In this document: positions 13,993 through 24,910 of the stretch, piece by piece
How the letters are laid out: each line of letters begins with the position of its first letter
Numbering within the stretch: position 1 is the stretch's first letter
Source: Octopus vulgaris
Taxonomy: Eukaryota
Assembly: GCA_951406725.2 (NCBI GenBank)
Contig: OX597825.1
Coordinates: 51,398,001-51,462,000, forward strand
Direction: 5' to 3'
DNA length: 64,000 nucleotides
The notes under the pieces: generated by a model
Seen by the model: only the letters and a program-made list of their open reading frames with translations
Told to the model about the DNA's origin: nothing
The model's database searches: none
Position numbers and translations under genes: made by a program

Positions 13993-14902
13993 CATATAAT
14001 CAATTATATACATACATACGAATGTGTTTGTGCGTGCAAATATATATAGATAAACGGTATTTCAAGTAGACAAGCTTTGCTGTTATTCGCCTACCTGTAA
14101 TCACCTAAAGATATTCAATTCTTTTCTCATTGATACATTCCAATATATTACACTCAATTCGAATTGTAGTAAAAGTTCTAGACATATTTCGACCTGACTC
14201 GTATTTATGAAGCATAGTTTGTAGAAGCAGGTGTTTTCTTTCATATTACATTTCCGAATACGAAGTCAGCACATTGATGCAAAATTGCAAAGTTTTCTTT
14301 CACGTTTTTAGTATTTCTTATCTGTATCTAACTACACTTTCCAATATCGTTCAGATATATTTCATTTATCTCAGATAAATATCTCGATTAGCATCTATTC
14401 GTTGTATTTAAATTCTAAGCATTTAGTTCATTTGTCAGTTTATCAGATCTTTCCTAGTATATTTGCTTGCTATTCTTGAAACCTTATCTGCTGTTAAATT
14501 GATAATAATGAGTCTAAAGAAAGTTTATCCTTTTGTGTCTTAGCAATGAAGAGTATGCGTGGAAATAAGAGTTCAGCAGACGAAATCAGAAATCAGTTTG
14601 CTGATATGATTTAAATAACAACTGCTGTCAGGGAACAGAGACAACCTTCACAAACTATTTCTACCGCTAAAATCATTGCCCTGAGTTAGTAATTGGTAAT
14701 TTGTAACTAGCAATCTTTGTCAGGAAGTTGCTTCACCTGATGATAATACAGAATTAGCATAATCGGCAGAACAACGTACAAAATACCTTTTGGTTTTGAG
14801 TTCGTTCCTATTCTTTCTAAGTTCAAATATTTCTCAGACTGTTATGATTTTAGAATTAAAGTACTGGTTTGTTTCTCGCTACAGACTTTAGCCAATACTA
14901 TG

Positions 14903-15131
14903 CTGTCATCCCTCGACTATCGCGGGTGATACGATCCAACCGCTCCCCCACCACCGTGATAGGTGAAAATCCGCGAAGTAGAAACAGTACTGTACTGTGT
15001 ATTTCTTTATTATTTTTTATTGTTTGTATATACTTATTTTATTATAAATTCAAGACAACACTACAGAGGAATCGACGTAAGCTTAGATAATAAAACGCGA
15101 TGGTGAACCGCGATATGGCGAGGGATTACTG
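14903..15131. mobile_element. Pogo/Tigger-like MITE
   Basis: TIRs CTGTCATCCCTCGACTATCGCGG and CCGCGATATGGCGAGGGATTACTG followed by TA. Confidence 0.75.
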
Positions 15132-16199
15132 TATATAATCACACACACACACATGCACACGCACGCAAACCCTCGTGGACACACGGACTCACTGTCTCTT
15201 TCTCTCTCTCTTTCTCTCTCTCACTATTTCTCTCCATGAGATTAATGGTTTATTATATTAACTCGCCATGCAAGGAAAAGAGGAACTGGATTAAAGACTC
15301 TTTTTTCCGCCTTCTTGTCTTTGTCAGCAACAGTATATCCTACATTTTAAAATCACTGTGAAGTGTATGAATGCCTCTGTTACACTTATAATTGAACTAA
15401 GTAAGCCGATTTGAATATCAGACACATTTTTTACTGTTAGATTTATTACGTAAATTACTGAGGCACAAACAGTACTTCTTTTACGTGGAATTACTATGCA
15501 CCAAGAGGGTTTAGCTGTCACTGCATTTCTAAATCTAATTAAATTTTACTACATGCACAAGACAGTCTTAAAGGTCTGTCATAAAATTGTGGATTCAGTG
15601 GTGCATAAAATCCTTAGGTATATTCCATATTAATCTTGAGTATGAAAAATTAGTACCGTTGGCACGTCAGTAATTTATGTAGCTGAACTAACCGGTAAAT
15701 CCTGTCTGATGATTGTATCATGTATCCAGTAAATATAATTTGTACTACGCATTAGCAGCAAAAATCTTTAGGTATGACCCATAGTAATCTTTAGTAAGGA
15801 TTTTAAAATCTTAATTTTAATCTTTGAAAATCCAAATACCACTGACACCGTGCCTCTATGCCTTAAGACAACGTTTGAGGGCCGTCGCTCTGTTTGCAGA
15901 GAGTCTACAGTTTGATTTTTCGTATTGAATTCAAAGGAAGTTTGGTTGAATATATGCAATGTTTAGTAGGGTCACAATCATAGAAGCATCCAATTTGAAG
16001 CCTATGAGCTTATTTTCAGAAACTCTTTTCATGTATAGCCCCAGTAATTTTTATTGTTTTCAGATAAAATTATTTAAGCAGAATTATTTAAGTCTCTATT
16101 CCCGCCCGTGCATTTATTTTTGGATAAATCAGTATTTTAAAAATGAAATGAAACAAAATTAATTTTTTTTAAATGCTGTAGAATTCAACTAATTAGTTA

Positions 16200-17900
16200 C
16201 CCGATAGAGAAAAGTGAAAGTGACGAATTAGGTGAAGCAACCAATCATCCAAAGACGAATTAGGTGGAGTAACGAATTAGCCAAAGACGAATTAGGCTAA
16301 TTATATTGTGTTAATGCTAACTAATAAATTTTACTTATGATTTATTTGTCAGACTTTTTTTAATGTGGAAGTATTGACTGAGAATATGGTAGACTGGAAA
16401 CTATTTAACGACCATTCTACTACAATCAATGTTTTCCTTTTTGTAATGGGATTTCACTTCATGTAAAAAAAAATCTTGTACAATATTTACTTGATGCAAC
16501 TAACTATATGACTATTTTGATTGTATATTTCAAAAGACATGATTAAAAATATTTTGTTTAAACTTATTTTTCATTATTTTTGCACCATGCATTTAAAGAT
16601 TTCCTTGTCTTTTAGATTCTCATAATAAAAAAAATACATTATTTCCAATTCACCTATTATAATGTATTTTAATTTTCAAAATGTCATTCTCGGCTGCAAT
16701 AATTTAAGTACAATAGAATGTAAATTTTAAGTACTTTTTAGTTTCCTTAAGAGGTGACGAATTAGGCAAATTCTACAGTAGAAATCTTGTTCTATACTTT
16801 TCCAGGAGTAATAACCTAAGAATATGAATGCGCCCACAGTTTTCATTGTAATCCACTTTTTTCCTCAGGCAATGCGATAAAACTAATGAATATTCTTTTG
16901 TTAAAAAATATTTGAATTGTGTTTCATTGTCGATGATTTAATTATTTGTTCTTAAATTGTAAAAAGAAGAAAAAATTATCTGGACAGAGTTTCGTTGCAT
17001 TGGCTAATATGAAAATGATTTAAAAAATTAAAAAATTGCCAATGCGTCCACTGTAAAGCATTTTTCTGAACAACATTACTAGAAACCATCAGGTCTGCCC
17101 ATTGAAAGAAACAATCACAATATTGTATCATTAAATTTTGAGGACTAAATATTTTTAAAATGAAGATTTCATATATTTGCTAAAATTCCATATTATAATC
17201 CAATTTTTATAAACCAGTTTAAAACTGCAATTTCTATGAAGAAAATATAATCCACTTTCCATAAAGCGAATTCAAGGTCATCTTTAAAAAAAAATATAAA
17301 ATATTTATTTTAAAAAAAAATTACTTATAAAAAATCCTTTAAACATTTTTCTTTTTAAATTCATGAACAATATTTATATTAAATTTTTGTTTTAATTTTC
17401 TACTTTTCAAATATTTTGTTTTATGGAATTGAAAACATGATTTTTTTCTACTCTTCTTTTTCTTCTATATTTGTGTTGATTTTTCTTCATTTCTTCATCA
17501 TTCAATTCGGTACCACCCATATTATTTATTATTTAATCATTATTATTAGGGTTTGTATTCAATACACCCCCTGCCAAATAAAGAGAAACATCAAAATTAA
17601 AGCATGCAAGCTATATCTATTATAAGTAAATTAGTGCTTATTTTGTGTTAACTGAAACCTGCCTGTATATTTATTTCCTACAAAATTCCTAATTTTTTTA
17701 GGATAATGAGAAATGTAATTATAATTGCTATAAATATTAGATCCTGTAACTTCACTGTATATACAACTTTTATTGAGGAACAAAGTGCATAATACGAACG
17801 CACCAAGAAAGAGCGAAAATTCGTTATGAAAAATAATTTTCTATATAATAGTGAATGTTAATGTAGCACTAATCAAGAAATAGATTAGCTAGATCGATAT
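16200..17900 (-). pseudogene. Highly decayed MULE-like DDE transposase region with GACGAATTAG repeats
   Basis: Minus-strand relics in MULE order: (L)EFAL, MEF*...KIFSP...CDCFFQ/GQT.W (cf. DFE...GCFFHLGQ), SFIALPEEKV (cf. ALAFLP). Boundaries are uncertain. Confidence 0.4.
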
Positions 17901-18700
17901 ATAATAAGAAGAGCTAGCAAGAAGAGGTATGGGAATATATCAGCTATATAGTAAGAATAGAATCTGATCATATGAATAGTTAAGCCATGGCTAATATAAT
18001 TATTTTTTTTAATGTAGTAATAGCCAATGCTTATATAACTTTTTAAAAAATATTTTTGGGAAAGGATTAATACCACGACACTAGTCTTGATGAGTTCTAT
18101 CATGTGAAGTAAAAACAAAAGAATTTTAGGTTTTGAAATTGATTTTAGGCGTTACCATTTTTATCGGCACAATTGGTCCCAGTAAATTTTTATTAAAATT
18201 GTTTTCTTTGATAAACTGGCCTCATCGGATTCGTCTTGTGGAGATCTATCAGAAATGTTGAATTTATAGTTTTGTTTTGAAGTAAGAATAATATTTGGAG
18301 TTAAAGTTAATTTCAGGCGTTAATCTCCACTTTCTCTTGCCGGCTTTTACCTCAGTAAATTTTCCTACTGAACTAGTAATATGGATAGATTCCTCTCACC
18401 GATATCTATCATATAAGTTATGATAAAATATAGATTTCTTTTAAAAATGGATTCAAAGTCGATTACAGGCGTGAGTCTCCCGTTTTTAACCTCGCATATT
18501 TCACTGAAACCTTTTATGTACCGAAGCAATTTTCTAATTTTGTAGTTGACAGTGTAGCTCAGGATGAGACCAATCTGAAAGTGTAAAGACCGTCTAATTT
18601 GGTTAAAAACTGAATTAGTGACAAGGCCTAGAAGTGGTCGCATGTGAGTAAATGATGACCATAAGAATATTATTCAGACACAACTGTGTGAATTCTATGC

Positions 18701-18773
<73 letters not shown>

Positions 18774-19366
18774 TATGCACACATATGTATATATATATAT
18801 ATATATTCATCTGATTCCAGTTCAAGATCTTTTGAATATTTCAACGTGGTTGCTTTACTCCACAGTTGCTTCATTCCTTCATTGTTATTAATTATGTATG
18901 GTAAATGCTTAGCATCTCGTAAAGAAGTGCATTACATTCAGGTCTGGCATTTAATTGTTGTTCCTCACGAATCCGCTAACTTTGCAAGTATTCCTTCTCT
19001 TTATTCCTTCCCAGTTCAATTTATTTTCACTACCTACTTCCCTCTTATACACCAAGATTTCTTTACATCAATTGATTATATAGGTCAAAGACTTTTAATT
19101 AGATCTCCACGCTGCCAATGCTAAGTGAATATTTCCTGATAAAATACAGCAAACACAAAGTAATAGCATGGTCACACTCAAGAACATCATTTCCACAATT
19201 GCCATGATTCTCTTCATTCCCTTCCTCATCATCCTTTTAATGATTAACAATAGCAATAATGCCAACATTCCATTCTCCACTATGGCAACACGAGTTTCAT
19301 CCTTTCTATATATCAATCATCACAAATTCCTTAATAAAAAAATGCATAAATAAATAAATGTGTATG

Positions 19367-19424
<58 letters not shown>

Positions 19425-19451
19425 CATATGTTTGTGTGCGTGTGTGTGGTG

Positions 19452-20351
19452 TGTCGTCTGATTAATAAGTATCCGAACGGTTGCTATAGTAACGAAACTG
19501 AAACACGTGGACTAAATGCGCTACGCGCAGATTGACTTGGACCACTGCTCTGCGTGCACACTAAGTTTTAACGTTCTATCTTACTTCTGCTATTTGCAGC
19601 AGTGCTTGGAAGGAACGTGTGTAGCGTGTGGTTGTCGCATTGACCATGAAAAAGACAATTTTCATGGTGATACTTGCTCAGAGGCCGACGCAACGTTGCA
19701 GAAATTGTATGGAGATAAGTGTATGAGCCACAAGCAAGTGTACGAGTGATTCAGATGGTTCCAAGATGGCCGAAAAAGTGGCGATATTGACGAACGTTCT
19801 GGGAGACACGCAACCAGCAGAACTGAGAAAAACATCGCATGTATGCGTGCATCTGTGAGGGGAAATCATCGAATTACCATGCTTGGGTTATCAGAGAGTG
19901 TGCAGATTAGTTATGGTTTAGTTCAGTCTATTATCACGAAGATTTGGGTATGAGACGCGAGTTTGCCAACTTCGCGCCAAAGCTGCTTTCAGCTGAGTAA
20001 AAAGGAACTTGGGTTTCACTTACACAAAATCTCATTGATTGGGTTGAGAATGATGGAAACTTTTTGAAATCTGCGTAGGCCTCTGAGCAGGTATCGTCAA
20101 TCTTTTGGCAAAATTTGATGCAGATTTTCTGCTCATCTTTTTCTAACATGTTCAATGCGACTATCAGACGCAACGCAACCGCTTTCCGAGCACTGTTGTA
20201 TACGGCGGAAGTGAGCTAGAACGCTGAAACTTAGTGTGCGAGCAAAACAGAATTTTGCATCAATCTGTGCTAAACGGTTTGTCTTCACTCTGCATCTTCT
20301 GCGTCTTTAGCTTTGTTACTGTGACAATAGTCCGGAGACTTATTGATCAGA

Positions 20352-20356
<5 letters not shown>
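19452..20356 (+). mobile_element. Mariner-derived fold-back element, copy 2
   Basis: DTCSEADATLQKLYGDKCMSHKQVYE*FRWFQDGR...DERSGR...EDLGMRREFANFAPKLLSAE, then an inverted copy of the left end (EQKICIKFCQKIDDTCSEAY on the minus strand). Confidence 0.85.
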
Positions 20357-20395
<39 letters not shown>

Positions 20396-20430
20396 ATCAC
20401 GTGACCGACCAGTCCACCAGATGTAGCTAA

Positions 20431-20472
<42 letters not shown>

Positions 20473-20473
20473 T

Positions 20474-20665
20474 CTAAGAGGAGGGATATAACATCCCGGC
20501 ATATACCCAACTTCTTTCAGCAAAATGACATGGCCAGTTTCTTCTGGTGGCGCATTTCTGTTTTTGGTTATCCTCCTTTAGCTCACATCCAATATTCCAG
20601 TTTATTTCTGCGCTACTTAGAGCGTAAAGTACAAAACTGATAGTAAGGAGACTAAGGTGATTCAT
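20474..20665 (-). CDS. Candidate small secreted protein (or first coding exon), 63 aa
   Basis: MNHLSLLTISFVLYALSSA|E signal-peptide-like N-terminus; 3 Cys and 3 Trp; upstream acceptor-like gtttatttctatttag 15 nt before the ATG; A at -3. Confidence 0.35.
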   Translation of the reverse strand: MNHLSLLTISFVLYALSSAEINWNIGCELKEDNQKQKCATRRNWPCHFAERSWVYAGMLYPSS

Positions 20666-20807
20666 AATATTATGAACGAACTAAATAGAAATAAACATAT
20701 AGTTTATAATTAATACACGCGTATTATGAATTATCACTAATGCATAAATAGAAACAAATTACGAAGACAATGATATAAATACAGAAAAAATGTAAAATAT
20801 AAAACAC

Positions 20808-21076
20808 TTGCAGCGTGGAAGGTGTTTATAAGCCATTTTAAACCGCACAACAACCGTTAGATTCACTTGAACATTTAAATTAAATTGTCAAAATATTTTC
20901 GTCGTCTTGAAACCCCGACCTGTTCACTGAGAACATTCCGCACGGTTTTTTGTCAAGGAACAGGTCGCGGTTTCAGGGAGATGAAAATATTTTGACAAAT
21001 TAAATTTAAATGTTGAAGTGAATCTAACGGTTTTTCCGTGTTTTTAAATGGCTTATCAGCACCTTCTACGCTGCAA
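20808..21076. mobile_element. ~270-bp palindromic (fold-back) element
   Basis: Arms of about 130 bp with scattered mismatches, pairing to a CCG-CA-CGG centre at 20938-20945. Confidence 0.85.
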
Positions 21077-22169
21077 TAGTTTGTGTTTCAGCACACAATC
21101 TCAGATCAGGTCACTTGCTATGCCACTAATTCTCCACAAAAGTAAAATATAACTTTCTTGAAACACATCTTTCCCTTTTAGTGTATGGGTTAGTAAAAAT
21201 ATTTGAAGTATCATGCGAGTTTAGTAAATGTTTCTAAAAACAGCACCCTACACATGCTTTGTATTTCTCATGACTCTAAAATGTTTCAGTCCCCTGTGTT
21301 TTCTATTCATGTAGAAGATTAATCTATAAAATACAGGAAGACTGCAGCTGCCATATTTGAAAACGAAAACACAAATATTCCAGATGTCATTATATTTCAG
21401 CTTGCTGGTTGCTAAAACCAATCACTATGTGCAGTCCTTATTGATACAGTATCTTGTGTGTCCTTATTGCAGCCATGTGAAGGTTTTGCTGTAAGTATGA
21501 GGATGTCAACTATTAATGGATGACATGAATTTCACGAGCACGGAATAATATCATGGGAATATTATCTAACAGGTGTGGGGTGTGATATAAGTAAAGCCTA
21601 TTGTTTAAATACTAAACAAGAAGATTATAGGAACCTGGTATTCATTAATTCATTAGGAAAATCAGTTCATCTCCACACCTTGCAGAAAAGCTCACAGATA
21701 TAAGCCAATAACTCATAATTTAATCCATTTAAGATAAATTAGAATTGGCCGTCAAGCAGGCAGAATGATATTAAAAATTTTAGTAATGCATTATACAGAA
21801 TATCGCGGGATATTTTGAAAACTTTGGAAAAACATAAGTGATGAACAATACATTTTTTGCTGTACCCTAGAAACCCATATGTTTGTTCTGTGTCCAAAGA
21901 AGGTTTCATGTTAATTCCTACATCACAAAATGGGCATATTAGAGCTGAAATCAGTTAGAAGAAACTTAAAATGAATATAAATCATTTAATATTCAAGTGT
22001 TATCATCAATCAGTCTTGCTCGAAATGATACGTTTGCGCACACGTTACAACTCAATCGCTAGAATATGAATATAAGTACCATTAAATATTTTATACAGTC
22101 TATAAACGACAATTTCAGACGAAACCAATCTTCGTTTACCATCAAATGCTAGTTTTACGCATATTCATT

Positions 22170-22532
22170 TATTCTCTTACTTGTTTCAGTAATTTGACTG
22201 CGGCCATGCTGGGGCACCGCCTTTAGTCGAACAAATCGACCCCAGGACTTATTCTTTGTAAGCCTAGTACTTATTCTATCGGTCTCTTTCGCCAAACCAC
22301 TAAGTTACGGGGACGTAAACACACCAACAACGGTTGTCAAGCGATGGTGGGGGAAAACACAGACAAACACAACCATATATATATATATATATATATATAT
22401 AGGACGGGCTTTTTTGCGTTTCCGTCTACCAAATCCACTCACGAAGGATATAGTAGAAGACACTTGCCCAAGGTGCTACGCAGTGGGACTGAACCCGGAC
22501 CATGTGGTTTGAAAGCAAATCAATTACCATCA
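22170..22532 (-). mobile_element. tRNA-derived SINE family C with internal (TA)n
   Basis: Reverse complement of GGTCCGGGTTCAGTCCCACTGCGTAGCACCTTGGGCAAGTGTCTTCTACTATA...GGATTTGGTAGACGGAAAC...CTGAAACAAGTAAGAG. Confidence 0.85.
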
Positions 22533-22953
22533 TCATGACCTCATAATTACAGCTATAGCCACTTGATTGCACTTGTTTGTATTTCTCTTCAATGAAAATC
22601 CCATGCTTTATATAGACTTGGAACTGAAGAATGCCATGTTACGCAATAAAAATTGCCGGCCACAGGTAAAAATATTGATCATTCAGTGTAGTTATTGCTT
22701 ACTCAATAACAATAACTATAACCCAACTACTGCTACTATCATGCTAGTGTTTCTGTTAGACCTACCAGTAGTTACATTGCTTCTCTTACTTCACTTTCCA
22801 GTAATGATCAATGTTATTTCAACATGTGATGTGACAGTAATTTATTTATTAATTTATTTAGTTATTTATTTAGTTACTTGTTCTTTCATTCATTCATTCA
22901 TTCATTCATTTAATTATTTATTCATTTCATTTTTGTATTTTTCCAAACATCAG

Positions 22954-23025
22954 GAAATGTTCGTGACAATGGCAGAAACACATGCGGAAGCTAACTGTAA
23001 TTGTTCAAAGTATAAAACTGGGTGG
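22954..23025 (+). CDS. Candidate coding exon (72 nt, EMFVTMAETHAEANCNCSKYKTGW)
   Basis: Acceptor tttttgtatttttccaaacatcag; donor TGG|gtgaat; only frame 0 is open. Confidence 0.45.
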
Positions 23026-23263
23026 GTGAATGTTCACAGCAAGTCTGACTATTTCATCAAATAACACATTGTTTAAATGTTGGTGTTATTTAAAATTTAA
23101 ATTGCAATTAAGTCATATAAACCATAAGAAAAGAATAATATTATTAGCAATACAATCAAATTAAATTATATCGTGGTTTCTATGAAATACAAAAATTGAG
23201 AGAGAGAGAGCTCATGGTTGAGTGTTATTTTCAAAATAAATGTTGATTTCTCCATTCGTGCAG

Positions 23264-23316
23264 GAAATCCTAAAGTTGGCACAAGAGGACATTGGAATGG
23301 AAAGCGGGATACTACC
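23264..23316 (+). CDS. Candidate coding exon (53 nt, EILKLAQEDIGMESGIL-P)
   Basis: Acceptor gatttctccattcgtgcag; donor ACC|gtgagg; joins in frame to the preceding exon. Confidence 0.45.
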
Positions 23317-23425
23317 GTGAGGGCATGCGCCCCGGTGCATTACTGATATATTTATTTAAAAACATGCAGTCTATATGACTAATATATACCCTTACACATG
23401 AGAGACACTCAGCTACAAATAATAC

Positions 23426-23467
<42 letters not shown>

Positions 23468-23500
23468 ATATTTTTATATGTATATATATATAAACATATT

Positions 23501-23543
<43 letters not shown>

Positions 23544-23569
23544 ATGTGTGACCGCATGTGTACCGTCGG

Positions 23570-23757
23570 CGATTTTTTTTCCTCCGTCTTCCCTCCTCTG
23601 GATCTTTCCTTCTCCTATGTTTCCGACGAAGAGCTCCGCTCGAAACGTTAAACCCTCCGTCTTTCCTTCTTTCCTGAGCATCCAATAATACTATATTTGC
23701 TCCACGTCCTCGCGTTGTTGTGTTTTCTCTTTATGTTTTCATGTTTGGATTAACTAT
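23570..23757 (+). mobile_element. Short hammerhead-carrying element next to (TA)n/(TG)n
   Basis: GUUU-CCGACGAA-GAGC(UCC)GCUC-GAAA-CGUU-AAAC at 23619-23653, then TTCCTGAGC as in 3292-3432. Confidence 0.6.
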
Positions 23758-24131
23758 ATAAGCATTTATGTGTATGTGAATGCGTGTGCGTGTTTATTAT
23801 TAAAGAATAAGAAAACTCTTTGAAAACTTTATCATGAACAAAGCGAACAATAGAATTACATTTTTATAAATATATATCACCAGTTTCAATAATTTTAAAA
23901 GACGATTTAGTTATGCTGTAATAGGAGGGAAAATAAACTGATGTAAATGAAGTTAATCTTTTATAGTATCACTTTTGGATGTCAACAGGTTTTTCTTATA
24001 AAGTTCGCACAAGTTTCTGGTGTATGTGTGTGTGTGTGCGTGTGCGTGTGTGAGAAAGAGAATAGATATGATGTAGTGCTGTATATTAGTGAAGAGATGG
24101 CTGATTATAGTTTCTAGACAATATTATCGAG

Positions 24132-24720
24132 TGCCGGGCGAAATGCTGTCTTCATGTTCTGATTTCAAATTCCGCCGAGGTCGATCTTGCCTTTCATCCT
24201 TTCGGGGTCGAGAAATTAAGTACCAGTTGCGTACTGGGGTTCATCTAATCGATTGAGCCCGTCCTCAAATGTTTCGGGCCTTGTGCCTTGAGCAGAAAAG
24301 AATCTTATCGAGTGCCGTAAGGTGGCGAGCAGGCAGAATCGTTAGCACATCGGGTGAAATGCTTATCAGTATTTCGTCTGCCGCTACGTTCTGAGTTCAA
24401 ATTCCGCCGAGGTCAATTGTGTCTTTCATCCTTTCGGGGTTGATTAAATAAGTACCAGTTACGCACTGGGGTCGATATAATCGACTTAATCCGTTTGCCT
24501 GTCCTTGTAAGTTCTTTCTGTGGTTAGCCCCTTGTGGGTAGTAACGAAATAGGTATTACGTCTGTCTTTACGTTCTGAGTTCAAATTCCGCCAAGGTCGA
24601 CTTTGCTTTCATCCTTTCGGAGTCGATAAATTAAGTGCAAGTTGCGTACTTGGGGTGATCTAATCGACTGGTCCCTCCCCCAAAATTTCAGGCCTTGTAC
24701 CTAGAGTAGAAAAGAATATT
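24132..24720 (+). mobile_element. Tandem cluster of family B SINE units
   Basis: Three copies of TTCAAATTCCGCC-AGGTC...CTTTCATCCTTTCGG core. Confidence 0.9.
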
Positions 24721-24902
24721 ATCGATTGCCGTGTATTACTGTTTAAACATAGAGTGGAATTTACCTGATAGACCGTTTACAGAGAACAATAGTCAGTGAC
24801 TCTGATATGATTTAAGCAGAAATTTTCAAGATATTATTATTTAATGACCAGTGGACTTTTGTTCATAAGGTCAGTGCTATCTGTTATTTTTCTTTTTTTT
24901 AG

Positions 24903-24910
24903 CTTTAAAG
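24903..24910 (+). CDS. Candidate 8-nt micro-exon CTTTAAAG
   Basis: Strong acceptor ttatttttctttttttttag and strong donor AAG|gtaagc; keeps the frame between the neighbouring candidate exons. Confidence 0.5.

Noticed and set aside
15328-15400. Possible exon with a strong acceptor and CTAA|gtaagc donor
   Set aside because: 73 nt would break the frame of the candidate gene and no compensating exon was found; may be cryptic.
21250-21990. Possible ancient LINE RT (LMDDM)
   Set aside because: Too few ordered motifs to support a call by eye.
22567-23064. 165-aa ORF, the longest in the track
   Set aside because: Non-ATG start and runs through (ATTT/ATTC)n; only the 3' part after the acceptor at 22953 looks exon-like.
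23264-23360. Alternative frame NPKVGTRGHWNGKR resembling an amidated neuropeptide
   Set aside because: No phase-compatible upstream exon or signal peptide was found; the neighbouring exon is closed in that frame.
24120-24731. CRISPR-like repeat-spacer appearance
   Set aside because: The intervening segments are homologous 165-400 bp SINE units, the context is eukaryotic and there are no cas genes.
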